A stretch of 64,000 bases of DNA from Burkholderiales bacterium (lineage in GTDB: Bacteria > Pseudomonadota > Gammaproteobacteria > Burkholderiales > Burkholderiaceae_C), in contig JAPLPK010000022.1 in the NCBI GenBank assembly GCA_026400275.1, positions 475 through 64,474 of the forward strand, in the 5' to 3' direction. Numbering within the stretch: the first letter of the stretch is position 1; every line of letters begins with the position of its first letter. A model generated the notes under the pieces. It was not told the origin of the DNA. It made no database searches and saw only the letters and a program-made list of their open reading frames with translations. The translations under genes were made by a program, and so were the position numbers. Shown piece after piece: positions 46,045 through 56,581 of this stretch.

Positions 46045-48276
46045 ATGGATGACGATGACCTGCTTGAGTTCATAGACGCCCCCTCGGCCGCCGAGACCTC
46101 TGCGGGTGCGACCATGCCGGAGGCCTGGCGCATTGTGGTGGTGGACGACGACCCCGATGTGCACGAAAGCACGTCTTACGGCTTGCGCGGCCTGGAGGTC
46201 GAGGGCCGTGGTCTGCAGTTGCTGCACGCCTATTCGGCGGCCCAGGCCCTGCAGATGTTGCGTGACGAAACCGGCGTTGCTGTGGTGCTGCTGGACGTGG
46301 TGATGGAAACCGAAGACGCTGGCCTGGCCACGGTAGGCGCCATCCGTGACGGGTTGGGCCTGGCTAATCTGCGCATCATCCTGCGCACCGGACAGCCAGG
46401 CCAGGCACCCGAGATCGAGACCATACGCCGCTACGACATCAATGACTACAAGACCAAGAGCGAGCTGACCCGCACCAAGCTCTATACCGCGCTGACCACC
46501 GCCATCCGCTCCTACGACCAGCTGTGCCGGCTGGATGCCAGCCGCAAGGGGCTGGAGCAGATCGTGGCGGCCAGCAACCAATTCATTGCCGATGCCGGCG
46601 TGCAGACATTTGCCCAGGGCGTAATCACGCAAATTGCCGGGCTGATCGGCATCGAGGCGGAAGGCCTGGTGTGTGCCTCTACCGGCGTCGGTGAGGGCTC
46701 TGCGCAGTATGTCGTGATTGCGGCGGCCGGGCATCTGGCCTATTTGATGCGCCGCCGTATCAGCGAGATCGACGACCCACATATCGTTGCCAGCCTGACG
46801 CAATGTCTGGCGGAACGCCGCAACCTGGTTACCGAGCGCAGCATCACCTTGTTTTTCGAAGGGCGGGAGTCGGGCGACTTCGCTGCGTTTGTGTATTCGG
46901 CCCAGCCTTTGCGCGCAGTGGACATGCATTTGATGCAGGTGTTTTGCACGAATATCGCCCTGTGCGCAGCGAATGTGGAGTTGGTCGCCCGCCTGCGTGA
47001 CTATGCCTTTGTGGACCGCATGCTGGGCTTGCCCAACCGCACCGCCCTGATCGAGCATATGGACCGGGCGATTGCCGACGGCTCGGCGCAGGGCTGTGCT
47101 CTGGGTCTGATGGATGTGGACCAGTTTGCCGAGACCAACGATATGTTTGGCCACGTGTACGGCGACCTGTTGCTGGCCGCCATCACCCGCCGGCTGCGCG
47201 GCCTGCATGCGGGTGACGCATTTCTGGCGCGGGTGGGTGGCGATACCTTTGCCTTGTTTGGTGCCGAAGCCCGGGTCCAGCCCGAGGTGCTGCGCGCGGT
47301 GTTCGAGCAGCCGTTCGAGATCGAGGACATCCAACGCCCGGTGTCCATCTGCATTGGTCTGGTGCACTGCGATGCGGCCGGTGGCAGCGGCCTGGAGCTG
47401 CTGAAGAATGCGTCGATTGCGCTCAAGCGTGCCAAGGAGCTGGGCCAGGGCCGCAGCGCGTACTACTCGGCCGAGATCGGTATTGCCACACGCGAGCGCA
47501 CCCGCTTGCTGCATGGCCTGCAGCGGGCGTTTGACCACGAACGCTTGTTCGTCGTTTACCAGCCGCAAATGTCCTTGCGCACTGGGCTGCCCATTGGTTT
47601 TGAAGCGCTGCTGCGCTGGCGCACCGAAGACGGCCAGTTCGTGCCGCCGGACCGTTTCATCCCGGTGGCCGAGCAGTCCGGTCTGATCGTGGCCATCGGC
47701 GCCTGGGTCCTGCGCACGGCGCTGCACGCCCACGGCCAGCTGCGCGCAGCTGGCATACAGGGCATACGCATGGCGGTGAACGTGTCGTCGGTGCAGTTCG
47801 CGCAGCCCCAGTTTCTGGCCACGGTGGACGAGGCGCTGGCCGACACCGGCATGCCGCCCGACTGCCTGGAACTGGAGATCACCGAGTCTGTGGCCGTGAT
47901 GGGCATGGAGCGCGTCGCCAGCGTGCTGCGCGCCATCAAGGAGCGCGGCATTGCGGTGGCGATTGACGACTTCGGTACCGGCTTTTCTTCGCTGTCCTAC
48001 CTGGACCAGTTGCCCGCAGACCGGCTGAAGATTGACCGCGCCTTTGTCAGCTCGCTGGACTCGGGCCGGCTGGGCGCGCGCATTGCCGAGATGATCGTGC
48101 CGCTGGGCCACCAGCTGGGCATGCAGGTGCTGGCCGAAGGGGTGGAAACCGAGGTCCAGGCCAGCATCTTGCGCAGCCTGGGCTGCGACGAGGGCCAGGG
48201 CTATTTGTACGCCAAAGCCATGGTCATCGAAGACCTGCTGCCTTGGCTGGCACAGCGCCTGGGTATAAAGCCGTGA
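46045..48276 (+). CDS. Response regulator REC-DUF3369-GGDEF(degenerate)-EAL
   Basis: VVDDDPDVH, LLDVVMET, RTGQPGQAPE; GGDTF; YQPQ, FEALLRW, DDFGTGFSS. Confidence 0.9.
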   Translation: MDDDDLLEFIDAPSAAETSAGATMPEAWRIVVVDDDPDVHESTSYGLRGLEVEGRGLQLLHAYSAAQALQMLRDETGVAVVLLDVVMETEDAGLATVGAIRDGLGLANLRIILRTGQPGQAPEIETIRRYDINDYKTKSELTRTKLYTALTTAIRSYDQLCRLDASRKGLEQIVAASNQFIADAGVQTFAQGVITQIAGLIGIEAEGLVCASTGVGEGSAQYVVIAAAGHLAYLMRRRISEIDDPHIVASLTQCLAERRNLVTERSITLFFEGRESGDFAAFVYSAQPLRAVDMHLMQVFCTNIALCAANVELVARLRDYAFVDRMLGLPNRTALIEHMDRAIADGSAQGCALGLMDVDQFAETNDMFGHVYGDLLLAAITRRLRGLHAGDAFLARVGGDTFALFGAEARVQPEVLRAVFEQPFEIEDIQRPVSICIGLVHCDAAGGSGLELLKNASIALKRAKELGQGRSAYYSAEIGIATRERTRLLHGLQRAFDHERLFVVYQPQMSLRTGLPIGFEALLRWRTEDGQFVPPDRFIPVAEQSGLIVAIGAWVLRTALHAHGQLRAAGIQGIRMAVNVSSVQFAQPQFLATVDEALADTGMPPDCLELEITESVAVMGMERVASVLRAIKERGIAVAIDDFGTGFSSLSYLDQLPADRLKIDRAFVSSLDSGRLGARIAEMIVPLGHQLGMQVLAEGVETEVQASILRSLGCDEGQGYLYAKAMVIEDLLPWLAQRLGIKP

Positions 48277-49364
48277 AATTCTGGCCCTGGCTGCTGCTGG
48301 CAGGGCTGTTGGCAGGCTGTGGCCCTGGCCAGCCGGTGCGCATAGGCTTTATTGCCAGCTTGTCCAACCGCAGTCCAGATGTCGAAGAGGACGGTCGCAA
48401 TGGCCTGATGCTGGCCATAGAGCAGCGCAACCAGGCCGGCGGCCTGGGCGGCCACCCGATTGAGCTGGTGGTGCGTGACAGCGGCCAGACGCCGCAACAG
48501 GCACAGTCGGCCATGCAGGCGCTGGTGCAGTCCAAGGTGGTGGTGGCGGTGGGCTCGATTACCAGTGCCACCGCCGCCTTGGTGGTGCCGCTGGCCGATG
48601 CGGCCCAGTTGGTGCTGGTCAGCCCCACGGTGACGTCCATGGATTTTGTGGGCAAAGATGACTACTTATTTCGCATGAACCGCAATGCACGCGAAAACGC
48701 CAGCGCGTATGCGGCCAAGCTGTTTCAGCGCGGCCAGCGCCGCGTGTCCGTGTTGTACGACATGCGCAACAAAAGCCTGTCCAGCTCCTGGGTCCACGAG
48801 TTCCGGTCTGCCTATGCCGCTGCGGGCGGCCAGGTGGCGGCCGAAGTGCCTTTTGGCGCGGAGGGGCAGGGCGTGGGCGACAGCGTGCGCCAGATGCTTG
48901 CGGCACAGCCAGACGGTTTGCTGTTCATCGCCGCAACGCTGGACGTGGCGCAGCTGGCCCAGCAGGCCGAAAAGCTGGCCCCCGGCTTGCCCAAGACAGC
49001 CTCGGAATGGGCTTCTGGCGACTATCTGGTGGAGCTGGGCGGACGGGCGGTAGAGGGCATGGTGACGTCCCAGGTGTTTGACCGTGCTGACACTTCCGAG
49101 CGTTACCGCCGCTTCCGTGATGCGTACCAGACGCGATTTGCACGGCCACCCAGCTTTAGCGCTGTAGCTTCGTTTGATGCGGGTACGGTTTTGCTGCAGG
49201 CTTTGGATCGGCGCTCCTGGCATGAGTCGGTCAAGGATGCCTTGCTGAAATACGGTCCCTACGAAGGGCTGCAGCAGAGCATCCAGTTCGACCGCTTTGG
49301 CGATGCCACGCGCAAGATGATCTTCACCCAGATCCAGGCGGGTCAGTTCGTGCCTTTGCCATGA
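48273..49364 (+). CDS. Branched-chain amino acid-type periplasmic binding lipoprotein
   Basis: GTG start overlapping the upstream stop; lipobox LAGC; VRIGFIASLS, GGLGGHPIELVVRD, SPTVTS. Confidence 0.88.
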   Translation: MKFWPWLLLAGLLAGCGPGQPVRIGFIASLSNRSPDVEEDGRNGLMLAIEQRNQAGGLGGHPIELVVRDSGQTPQQAQSAMQALVQSKVVVAVGSITSATAALVVPLADAAQLVLVSPTVTSMDFVGKDDYLFRMNRNARENASAYAAKLFQRGQRRVSVLYDMRNKSLSSSWVHEFRSAYAAAGGQVAAEVPFGAEGQGVGDSVRQMLAAQPDGLLFIAATLDVAQLAQQAEKLAPGLPKTASEWASGDYLVELGGRAVEGMVTSQVFDRADTSERYRRFRDAYQTRFARPPSFSAVASFDAGTVLLQALDRRSWHESVKDALLKYGPYEGLQQSIQFDRFGDATRKMIFTQIQAGQFVPLP

Positions 49365-51643
49365 TGGTTTGGCGGCTGCGCAGCTATCTGGCGGGTCTGC
49401 TGGTGGCCACTATGCTGGTGACCCTGGTGATTGTGGGCAGTGCCATTTTGTGGATGCGTATTCCGCAGATCGAGCAGGCCAACAAGGAAAAGGTGGCTCG
49501 GGACATCGGAGAGATGGCCGCCCTGATGGAGATTTTGCTGGGCTCGGTGGAGTCGCGTGTCCAGGTGCTCAGCCAGGCGGTGCGGCTGGCGCCTGCGTCG
49601 CAGGCGAATGCGCTGCTGGACGAAGCCGTGGGTAACGCGCATGTGATGGGGGCTATTTACCTGGTGTCGGGAGCTGGCCGTGTACTGGCTGCCGGTGTGC
49701 CTGAGACCCTGCGTGCCCAGCGCGAGGACTGGCTGGGCACCGATCTGTCGGCTAACCCGCTGTTTCGCGCGGCCCAGACCCGCCAGCAGCTGGTCTGGGG
49801 GGACAAATACCTGTCTCTCCTGTCCGGCGTGGTGACGGTAGGGCTGGCCTATCCGGTGGACGCCCAGCGTGTGCTGGTGGCCGAGGTGCCACTGTCGTAT
49901 TTGCTGCGCACCTTCCAGCTGGCGGCGGGCCAGCGTGACTCCCTCATCTGGCTGGTGGACCGGCGCGGCGAGGTGCTGGCCGATACCGAGGGGGGGGCGC
50001 TGGTGGGCCGCGTGAATGTGTTGAACCTCCCGCTGATATCTACCTTTCAACAGGGCCAGGCTTTGCCCGATCTGTTTAGCTTCATGGACCGGGAGTTTCA
50101 CCCGGCCATATCCCACTCCATGGACCTGGACTGGTATTTCTTGGGCGGCATGCCCTCTGGCCTGGAGAACCGAGAGATCCGCGGCCTGGTGGTAGTGGTT
50201 TTCACGGTATTTCTGGGGGCTCTGGTGGTGGGCTTCCTGTTGGCTCCGTTCTGGGCGTCCCGCTTGATACGCCCGCTGCGGGGGATTGTGGTGCGCGCCG
50301 GCCAAATATCTGCCGGCGAGCAGGTCGGCCCTTGGCCGCAGGGGACGATCGCCGAGTTCAACCGCCTCTCGGGCGACCTGGAAAAAATGGCGGCCACGCT
50401 GCAGGAGCGCCAGCAGAAATCTCAGGCCATCTTCAACACCTCGCCGGTGGCCATGTCGGTGACCAGCACGGAATCTCCGTTCGCCCTGCTGGACGTGAAT
50501 CTGGCCTGGTGCCGGGTGTTCCGGCGCCGCCGTGAAGATGCATTGGGCCGCACAGGGACGGAGCTGAATATGTGGCGCTCGCTGGACGACCGCGCGGCCA
50601 TGTTTGCCGCGTTCCAGGCAGGGCATGCCACCGCCGAGGCCTGGATGCTGCGCGGTGACGGCGAGCCCGTGCTGATTCAGCTGTCGCGTGACACGGTGCA
50701 GATCGGGGCCTTGCACATGATGGTCTGGGCGGGTGTGGATATTACCGAGATGCACCGCATCGATAACGCCTTGCGCGAGCTCAACGCCGAGCTGGAGGAG
50801 CGCGTGGCGCGCCGTACCGAGGCCCTGGCCGGTGCCAACGACGATCTCTCCACTGCCATTGCCGAGCTGCGCCAAACCCAGACCGAGCTGGTGCGGGCCG
50901 AAAAGATGGCGGCTCTGGGTGGCCTGGTGGCCGGCGTGGCGCACGAGCTGAACACCCCGCTGGGCAACGGCCTGATGGCGGTGACCGCGCTGGGCGATGA
51001 AGTGCGCAAGTTCAGGCAGTCCATGCAGAACGGGCTGCGGCGTACCGCCCTGGAGGCTCTGCTGTCCAGTGTCGAGCAGGCCACCGATATATCCACCCGC
51101 AACCTGTACCGCGCGGCAGAGCTGGTGAGCAACTTCAAGCAGGTGGCCGTGGACCAGACCAGCGCACAGCGCCGGCGTTTTGCGCTGGCCGAGGTAGTGG
51201 CCGAAATCGTCAGCAGCCTGCGCCCTTCGTTTGCGCGCACCCCTTACAAGGTGGTGGTGGAGATACCGCCCGGGCTGTGGATGGACAGCTACCCCGGTGC
51301 CTTGGGCCAGGTGGTGACTAATCTGGTCAATAACGCGGTGCTGCATGGCTTCGAAGGCCGCAACCAAGGCACGGTGCGTATCACCGGCGAGGCCCGAGAC
51401 GAGGGCTGGCTGATGCTACGCGTGGCCGACGACGGCCGTGGCATTCCAGCCGATTTGCTGGACCGCATTTTCGACCCCTTTGTGACCACCAAGATGGGTC
51501 GAGGCGGTACCGGCTTGGGTCTGCATATTTCCTATAACGCGGTAGTTAGCTTGCTGGGTGGCAGCATCAGCGTGCGCAGTGCGGAGGGTGAGGGGACGGA
51601 TTTCGAGTTGCTTCTGCCCAGCAGCGCGCCACGGGCGAGTTGA
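49361..51643 (+). CDS. Sensor histidine kinase (dCache-like, HAMP, PAS, HisKA, HATPase)
   Basis: LVAGVAHELNTPLG, NLVNNAVLHG, DDGRGI, PFVTTK, GGTGLGL. Confidence 0.92.
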   Translation: MMVWRLRSYLAGLLVATMLVTLVIVGSAILWMRIPQIEQANKEKVARDIGEMAALMEILLGSVESRVQVLSQAVRLAPASQANALLDEAVGNAHVMGAIYLVSGAGRVLAAGVPETLRAQREDWLGTDLSANPLFRAAQTRQQLVWGDKYLSLLSGVVTVGLAYPVDAQRVLVAEVPLSYLLRTFQLAAGQRDSLIWLVDRRGEVLADTEGGALVGRVNVLNLPLISTFQQGQALPDLFSFMDREFHPAISHSMDLDWYFLGGMPSGLENREIRGLVVVVFTVFLGALVVGFLLAPFWASRLIRPLRGIVVRAGQISAGEQVGPWPQGTIAEFNRLSGDLEKMAATLQERQQKSQAIFNTSPVAMSVTSTESPFALLDVNLAWCRVFRRRREDALGRTGTELNMWRSLDDRAAMFAAFQAGHATAEAWMLRGDGEPVLIQLSRDTVQIGALHMMVWAGVDITEMHRIDNALRELNAELEERVARRTEALAGANDDLSTAIAELRQTQTELVRAEKMAALGGLVAGVAHELNTPLGNGLMAVTALGDEVRKFRQSMQNGLRRTALEALLSSVEQATDISTRNLYRAAELVSNFKQVAVDQTSAQRRRFALAEVVAEIVSSLRPSFARTPYKVVVEIPPGLWMDSYPGALGQVVTNLVNNAVLHGFEGRNQGTVRITGEARDEGWLMLRVADDGRGIPADLLDRIFDPFVTTKMGRGGTGLGLHISYNAVVSLLGGSISVRSAEGEGTDFELLLPSSAPRAS

Positions 51644-51660
51644 GTGCGAATTGAGGGTGA

Positions 51661-51715
51661 AAAATGCTGCTAGCGCAGGAATTAACTACGCTGGCAGCTA
51701 TCAAAAGTATAGTAA
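51661..51715 (-). repeat. Dispersed double-hairpin repeat, copy 10
   Basis: Minus strand TTACTATACTTTTGATAGCTGCCAGCGTAGTTAATTCCTGCGCTAGCAGCATTTT. Confidence 0.85.
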
Positions 51716-51716
51716 T

Positions 51717-53246
51717 TTAGCTGGATGCTCGAAGCGCCCGGCGGTACTGCACGGCTTCGGCAATATGGCTGACATCGGTCGTGCTGGAGCCCGCCAGGTC
51801 GGCAATAGTGCGAGCCACTTTCAGCGTGCGGTGGATGCTGCGAGCCGACCAGCCCAGACGGGCTGCCGTGGTGTTCAGGAATTTGGCGGCGGCGCTGTCC
51901 AGTGCCACATGTTGGTCCATCTCCTGTCCTTGCAATGCCTGGTTGGACTTGCCCTGGCGCTCCATGGCCTGTTGCCGGGCGGCGCTGCTGCGTTGGCGAA
52001 TCGTCGCCGTGGATTCGCCTGGTGGCGCGTTGAGCAGGTCCTGGGCCGGCAGCGCCGGCACTTCGATATGCAGATCGATACGGTCCATCAAGGGGCCGCT
52101 GAGCTTGCCTTGGTAACGCAACACCTGGTCTGGCGAGCAGCGGCAGGCCTGCTGGCGCGAACCCAGGTAGCCGCAGGGGCAGGGGTTCATGGCGGCAATC
52201 AGCTGGAAGCGGGCTGGGAATTCGGCCCGCCGAGCAGCGCGCGAGATGGTGATGTGGCCGGTTTCCAGCGGCTCGCGCAGGGCCTCCAGTGCGGCCCTCG
52301 GAAATTCCGGCAGTTCATCTAAAAAGAGTACGCCATGGTGGGCCAGCGAGATTTCGCCGGGCCGCGGCGGCGATCCTCCGCCCACCAAAGCCACAGCGCT
52401 TGCGGTGTGGTGGGGGCTGCAAGTGGGGCGGGTTGCCCAGCGCTCCAGGGAGAAGCGCCCACCCAGGCTGGCCACGGCAGCACTTTGCAGCGCCTCTTCC
52501 ACTGTCATAGGGGGCAGTAGTCCGGCGAAACGCTGGGCCAGCATGGATTTGCCCGAACCTGGCGGCCCAATCAGCAGCAGGCTATGGCCTCCGGCGGCGG
52601 CAATCTCCAGTGCCCGTTTGGCCCCGGCCTGGCCTTTGACATCGGCCAGGTCGGCATAGCCGGCCGTGGCGGGCCGGGCGGTCTGTTGCAGTTGGCGCCA
52701 GCCTTCGGCCGGTGCGTCGCCTTCGCCTTGCGGCAAAAACTGCTGCACCACGTCCAGCAGATGCTGGGCGCAGTACACCTGCGCACCGGGCACCAGTGCG
52801 GCCTCTTCGGCGCTGCCCGGTGGCAATACCAGACGGGTGTGCACTTCTTGTGCGTGCAGCGCCAGGCTGGTGGCCAGCGCACCGCGCACCGGGCGCAATG
52901 CACCAGACAGCGACAACTCGCCGGCAAATTCGTGGCCGGTCAGGCGTTCTGCCGCAATCTGGCCGCTGGCGGCCAGGATGCCCAGCGCAATCGGCAGGTC
53001 GAAGCGGCCCGAGTCCTTGGGCAGGTCGGCCGGCGCCAGGTTGACGGTGATGCGCTTGTTGTGCGGAAACTCCAGGCCGGAGTTCTGGATGGCCGAGCGC
53101 ACGCGTTCGCGTGCCTCCTTGACCTCCACGTCCGCCAGCCCGACCAAGGTAAAGCTGGGCAGGCCGTTGGTTAGATGCACCTCAACGGTGACGGCGGGCG
53201 CTTCCAGGCCCAGCAAGGCACGGCTCTGCACCAAACACAAGCTCAT
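51717..53246 (-). CDS. comM: YifB/ComM Mg-chelatase-like AAA+ ATPase
   Basis: EARERVRSA, VNLAPADLPKDSGRFDLPIA, GPPGSGKSM, PGEISLAHHGVLFLDE, AMNPCPCG. Confidence 0.93.
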   Translation of the reverse strand: MSLCLVQSRALLGLEAPAVTVEVHLTNGLPSFTLVGLADVEVKEARERVRSAIQNSGLEFPHNKRITVNLAPADLPKDSGRFDLPIALGILAASGQIAAERLTGHEFAGELSLSGALRPVRGALATSLALHAQEVHTRLVLPPGSAEEAALVPGAQVYCAQHLLDVVQQFLPQGEGDAPAEGWRQLQQTARPATAGYADLADVKGQAGAKRALEIAAAGGHSLLLIGPPGSGKSMLAQRFAGLLPPMTVEEALQSAAVASLGGRFSLERWATRPTCSPHHTASAVALVGGGSPPRPGEISLAHHGVLFLDELPEFPRAALEALREPLETGHITISRAARRAEFPARFQLIAAMNPCPCGYLGSRQQACRCSPDQVLRYQGKLSGPLMDRIDLHIEVPALPAQDLLNAPPGESTATIRQRSSAARQQAMERQGKSNQALQGQEMDQHVALDSAAAKFLNTTAARLGWSARSIHRTLKVARTIADLAGSSTTDVSHIAEAVQYRRALRASS

Positions 53247-53306
53247 CGTCGTTTTACTCCCTGTATCGGTGCGCAGATGACGACCGAAGTTCACATTTCT
53301 TTGCAA

Positions 53307-53323
53307 TGCACCATTTGTGTGCG
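53307..53323. promoter_or_regulatory. NtrC-type enhancer
   Basis: TGCACCATTTGTGTGCG = GCAC-N7-GTGC, about 70 bp above the sigma-54 site. Confidence 0.7.
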
Positions 53324-53392
53324 ATAAATACCAATCCAAAGCTGTGCATCGGCATGCATGGATAAAGGGTAGGTTAACAAATTGACACCAAT

Positions 53393-53409
53393 TTGGCACG
53401 CTACATGCT
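53393..53409 (+). promoter_or_regulatory. Sigma-54 promoter of glnK-amtB
   Basis: TTGGCACGCTACATGCT, with GG-N10-GC spacing. Confidence 0.8.
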
Positions 53410-53483
53410 TAGTGGTAGCCGATTCCCCTCATTATTTTGGAGAAGACAATGAAACTGCCAGCGCCCGAGGCCAGCCGCCTTGA

Positions 53484-53858
<375 letters not shown>

Positions 53859-53893
53859 GCGCGGCGTGCGTCATTAACGAAAGCCAAACAACC

Positions 53894-55456
53894 ATGAAAA
53901 AACTTCTCGCATCTTTTGCCCTGGGTATGGGGCTGCTATGGGGCGCATCTTTCGCCCAAGCCCAGGCTCCGGCTGCCGAGCCGGCTGCAAGCATGGCGGC
54001 ACCTGCCGCATCGGAAGAAGCCAAGCCGGCTGATGCCGCCGCCCCTGCACCTGCTGCAGCGGCCGCCGCAGCGCCTGCTGCCTCGGCACCTGCGGATGCC
54101 GCTTCGGCCGCACCCGCTCCGGTTCCCAACAAGGGCGACACCGCCTGGATGATGGTTTCCACGCTGCTGGTCATCATGATGACCGTGCCCGGTTTGGCTC
54201 TGTTCTACGGCGGCCTGGTGCGCAGCAAGAACATGCTGTCCGTGCTGATGCAGGTTTTGGTCACGTTCTCGCTGATCGTGGTGCTGTGGTTTATCTACGG
54301 CTACAGCCTGGCGTTCACCGAAGGCAATGCCTACATCGGTGGCTTTGACCGGCTCTTCATGAAGGGCATATGGGACAACGCTGCGGGCACGTTTGCCACT
54401 GGCGCCACCTTCAGCAAGGGTGTGCCAATGTATGAAATCGTGTTTGCCTTCTTCCAGGCTACCTTTGCAGGTATCACTTGCTGCCTGATCGTGGGTGCTT
54501 TCGCAGAACGTATCAAGTTCTCTGCAGTGCTGCTGTTCACGGCCATCTGGTTCACCTTCAGCTACGCTCCTATCGCCCACATGGTGTGGTTCTGGATGGG
54601 CCCTGACGCCTACGCTTCCAAAGAAGTGGTTGACGCTATGAACGCCAAGGCCGGTCTGATCTGGCAATGGGGCGCGCTGGACTTTGCCGGCGGCACCGTG
54701 GTGCACATCAACGCCGCTGTGGCTGGCTTGGTCGGTGCCTACATGATTGGCAAGCGCGTTGGCTACGGCAAGGAATCGATGGCACCTCACAGCCTGACGC
54801 TGACCATGGTCGGTGCCTCGCTGCTGTGGGTGGGCTGGTTCGGTTTTAACGCTGGCTCCGCTCTGGAAGCCAACGGCTTCGCTGCTCTGGCATTCATCAA
54901 CACCCTGGGTGCTACCGCTGCGGCTGTGCTGGCATGGTGTGTCGGTGAAGCGCTGATGAAGGGCAAGGCTTCCATGCTGGGTGCTGCATCCGGCGCGGTG
55001 GCTGGCCTGGTGGCGATTACGCCTGCTTGCGGTAACGTCGGTATTGGCGGCGGCCTGGTGATCGGCTTCGTGGCAGGCTTCGCTTGCCTGTGGGGTGTGA
55101 CTGGCCTGAAGAAGATTCTGGGCGCTGACGACTCGCTGGACGTGTTCGGCGTGCACGGTGTAGGCGGTATCCTGGGTGCGCTGCTGACCGGCGTGTTCAA
55201 CAGCCCCAGCCTGGGTGGCCCGTCCACCGTGGCTGACTGGGTTTCCGCTGGCATGACGCCCGCTGACGCCTACTCCGTGGCTGCCCAAGTGTGGATCCAG
55301 GCCAAGGCTGTGCTGCTGACCATCGTCTGGTCCGGTGTCGTGTCCTTGGTGGCCTACAAGATTGTGGATCTGACCATTGGTCTGCGCGTCTCCGAAGAAG
55401 AAGAGCGCGAAGGTCTGGACATCAGCTCCCACGGCGAAACGGCCTACCACCGCTAA
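53894..55456 (+). CDS. amtB: Ammonium transporter
   Basis: GDTAW, PGLALFYGG, DFAGGTVVH, GWFGFNAGS, DDSLDVFGVHG. Confidence 0.97.
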   Translation: MKKLLASFALGMGLLWGASFAQAQAPAAEPAASMAAPAASEEAKPADAAAPAPAAAAAAAPAASAPADAASAAPAPVPNKGDTAWMMVSTLLVIMMTVPGLALFYGGLVRSKNMLSVLMQVLVTFSLIVVLWFIYGYSLAFTEGNAYIGGFDRLFMKGIWDNAAGTFATGATFSKGVPMYEIVFAFFQATFAGITCCLIVGAFAERIKFSAVLLFTAIWFTFSYAPIAHMVWFWMGPDAYASKEVVDAMNAKAGLIWQWGALDFAGGTVVHINAAVAGLVGAYMIGKRVGYGKESMAPHSLTLTMVGASLLWVGWFGFNAGSALEANGFAALAFINTLGATAAAVLAWCVGEALMKGKASMLGAASGAVAGLVAITPACGNVGIGGGLVIGFVAGFACLWGVTGLKKILGADDSLDVFGVHGVGGILGALLTGVFNSPSLGGPSTVADWVSAGMTPADAYSVAAQVWIQAKAVLLTIVWSGVVSLVAYKIVDLTIGLRVSEEEEREGLDISSHGETAYHR

Positions 55457-55520
55457 GCCATACGGCGCTGCAGCCCACCGAGGCTGCAGCAAAGCCGCAG
55501 GATCTTTTTCCAAAGATTCG

Positions 55521-55555
55521 GCCCGCCCGCAGCAATGCCGGCGGGCTATTTTTTT
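55521..55555 (+). terminator. Intrinsic terminator of glnK-amtB
   Basis: GCCCGCC-c-GCA-gcaa-TGC-c-GGCGGGC followed by TATTTTTTT. Confidence 0.82.
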
Positions 55556-55597
55556 GCCCGTTCACAATACGGGCACTGCAAACTTTTATATCCCACC

Positions 55598-56497
55598 ATG
55601 ACCTGGCATACCGTCACCACCGAACCCAACCTCCTGGGCGAGTCTCCCTTTTGGCATCCGCAGGAAAAACGCCTGTACTGGGTCGATGTCCCCGGCAAGC
55701 TGCTGCAGCGCCTGGACGTGGCCAGCGGCGTGGTCGAGCGCTGGGCCATGCCTTCCGAGCCCGGCTGCATTGCCCCTGCTGCCAGCGGTGGCCTGGTGGT
55801 GGCGCTGCGCGAGGGTATTTACCGCGCGCCGGTCTGGGGTGGCGATCTGCAGCTATTGGCTGCCGCACCGTATGACCCGGTCACCACCCGCTTCAACGAC
55901 GGCAAGTGCGACCCGCTGGGCCGCTTCTGGGCCAGCACCATCTACGAGCCACGCGATGCGCGCAAGGCCGAGCTGTACTGCCTGGAGGCCGGCAGGCTGA
56001 GCAGCATGGCGGGCAACGCCATCACCGGCAACGGCCTGGCTTGGTCGCCCGACGCCAAGACCCTGTACTGGTCGGACACGCCGCACCACATCGTCCACGC
56101 CTGGGACTGGGACGCAGCCTCGAATGTGCTGTCGAACTACCGCGAATTCCTGCAGATGGCGCCCAAGCCCGCCGGCTGGCAGGCCGGCATGCCCGGCTAC
56201 GGCGGCCGCCCCGACGGCGCGGCGGTGGACGTACAGGGCAACTACTACTCGGCCCAGTTTGAAGGCCAGCGCCTGTGCAAGTTTTCGCCGGACGGCGAGC
56301 TGCTGAAGGCCTACCCGCTGCCCGTGCGCTGCCCCACCATGCCCTGCTTCGGCGGTGACGACCTGCAAACCCTGTACCTCACCAGCGGCCGCCATGGCCG
56401 TTCGGATGCAGAGCTGGCGGCGCTGCCCGCATCCGGCCATGTGCTGTCTTTGCGGGTCGATGTGCCGGGCCTGCCGGTGAATTTCTTCAAAGACTAG
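55598..56497 (+). CDS. SMP-30/gluconolactonase-family protein
   Basis: LGESPFW, RFNDGKCDPLGRFW, NGLAWSPD, GRPDG. Confidence 0.92.
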   Translation: MTWHTVTTEPNLLGESPFWHPQEKRLYWVDVPGKLLQRLDVASGVVERWAMPSEPGCIAPAASGGLVVALREGIYRAPVWGGDLQLLAAAPYDPVTTRFNDGKCDPLGRFWASTIYEPRDARKAELYCLEAGRLSSMAGNAITGNGLAWSPDAKTLYWSDTPHHIVHAWDWDAASNVLSNYREFLQMAPKPAGWQAGMPGYGGRPDGAAVDVQGNYYSAQFEGQRLCKFSPDGELLKAYPLPVRCPTMPCFGGDDLQTLYLTSGRHGRSDAELAALPASGHVLSLRVDVPGLPVNFFKD

Positions 56498-56498
56498 G

Positions 56499-56555
56499 TT
56501 TGCTATTGTTTAAATAGCTGCTGGCGCAGCTAGTATCTGCGCAGTGAGAGTATTT
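56499..56555 (+). repeat. Dispersed double-hairpin repeat, copy 11
   Basis: TTTGCTATTGTTTAAATAGCTGCTGGCGCAGCTAGTATCTGCGCAGTGAGAGTATTT. Confidence 0.85.
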
Positions 56556-56581
56556 CTTATAAACCAAGGTAACTACTAGCT

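Noticed and set aside
53960-54125. Ala/Pro-rich repetitive stretch in amtB
   Set aside because: In-frame low-complexity linker after the signal peptide; an ordinary feature.
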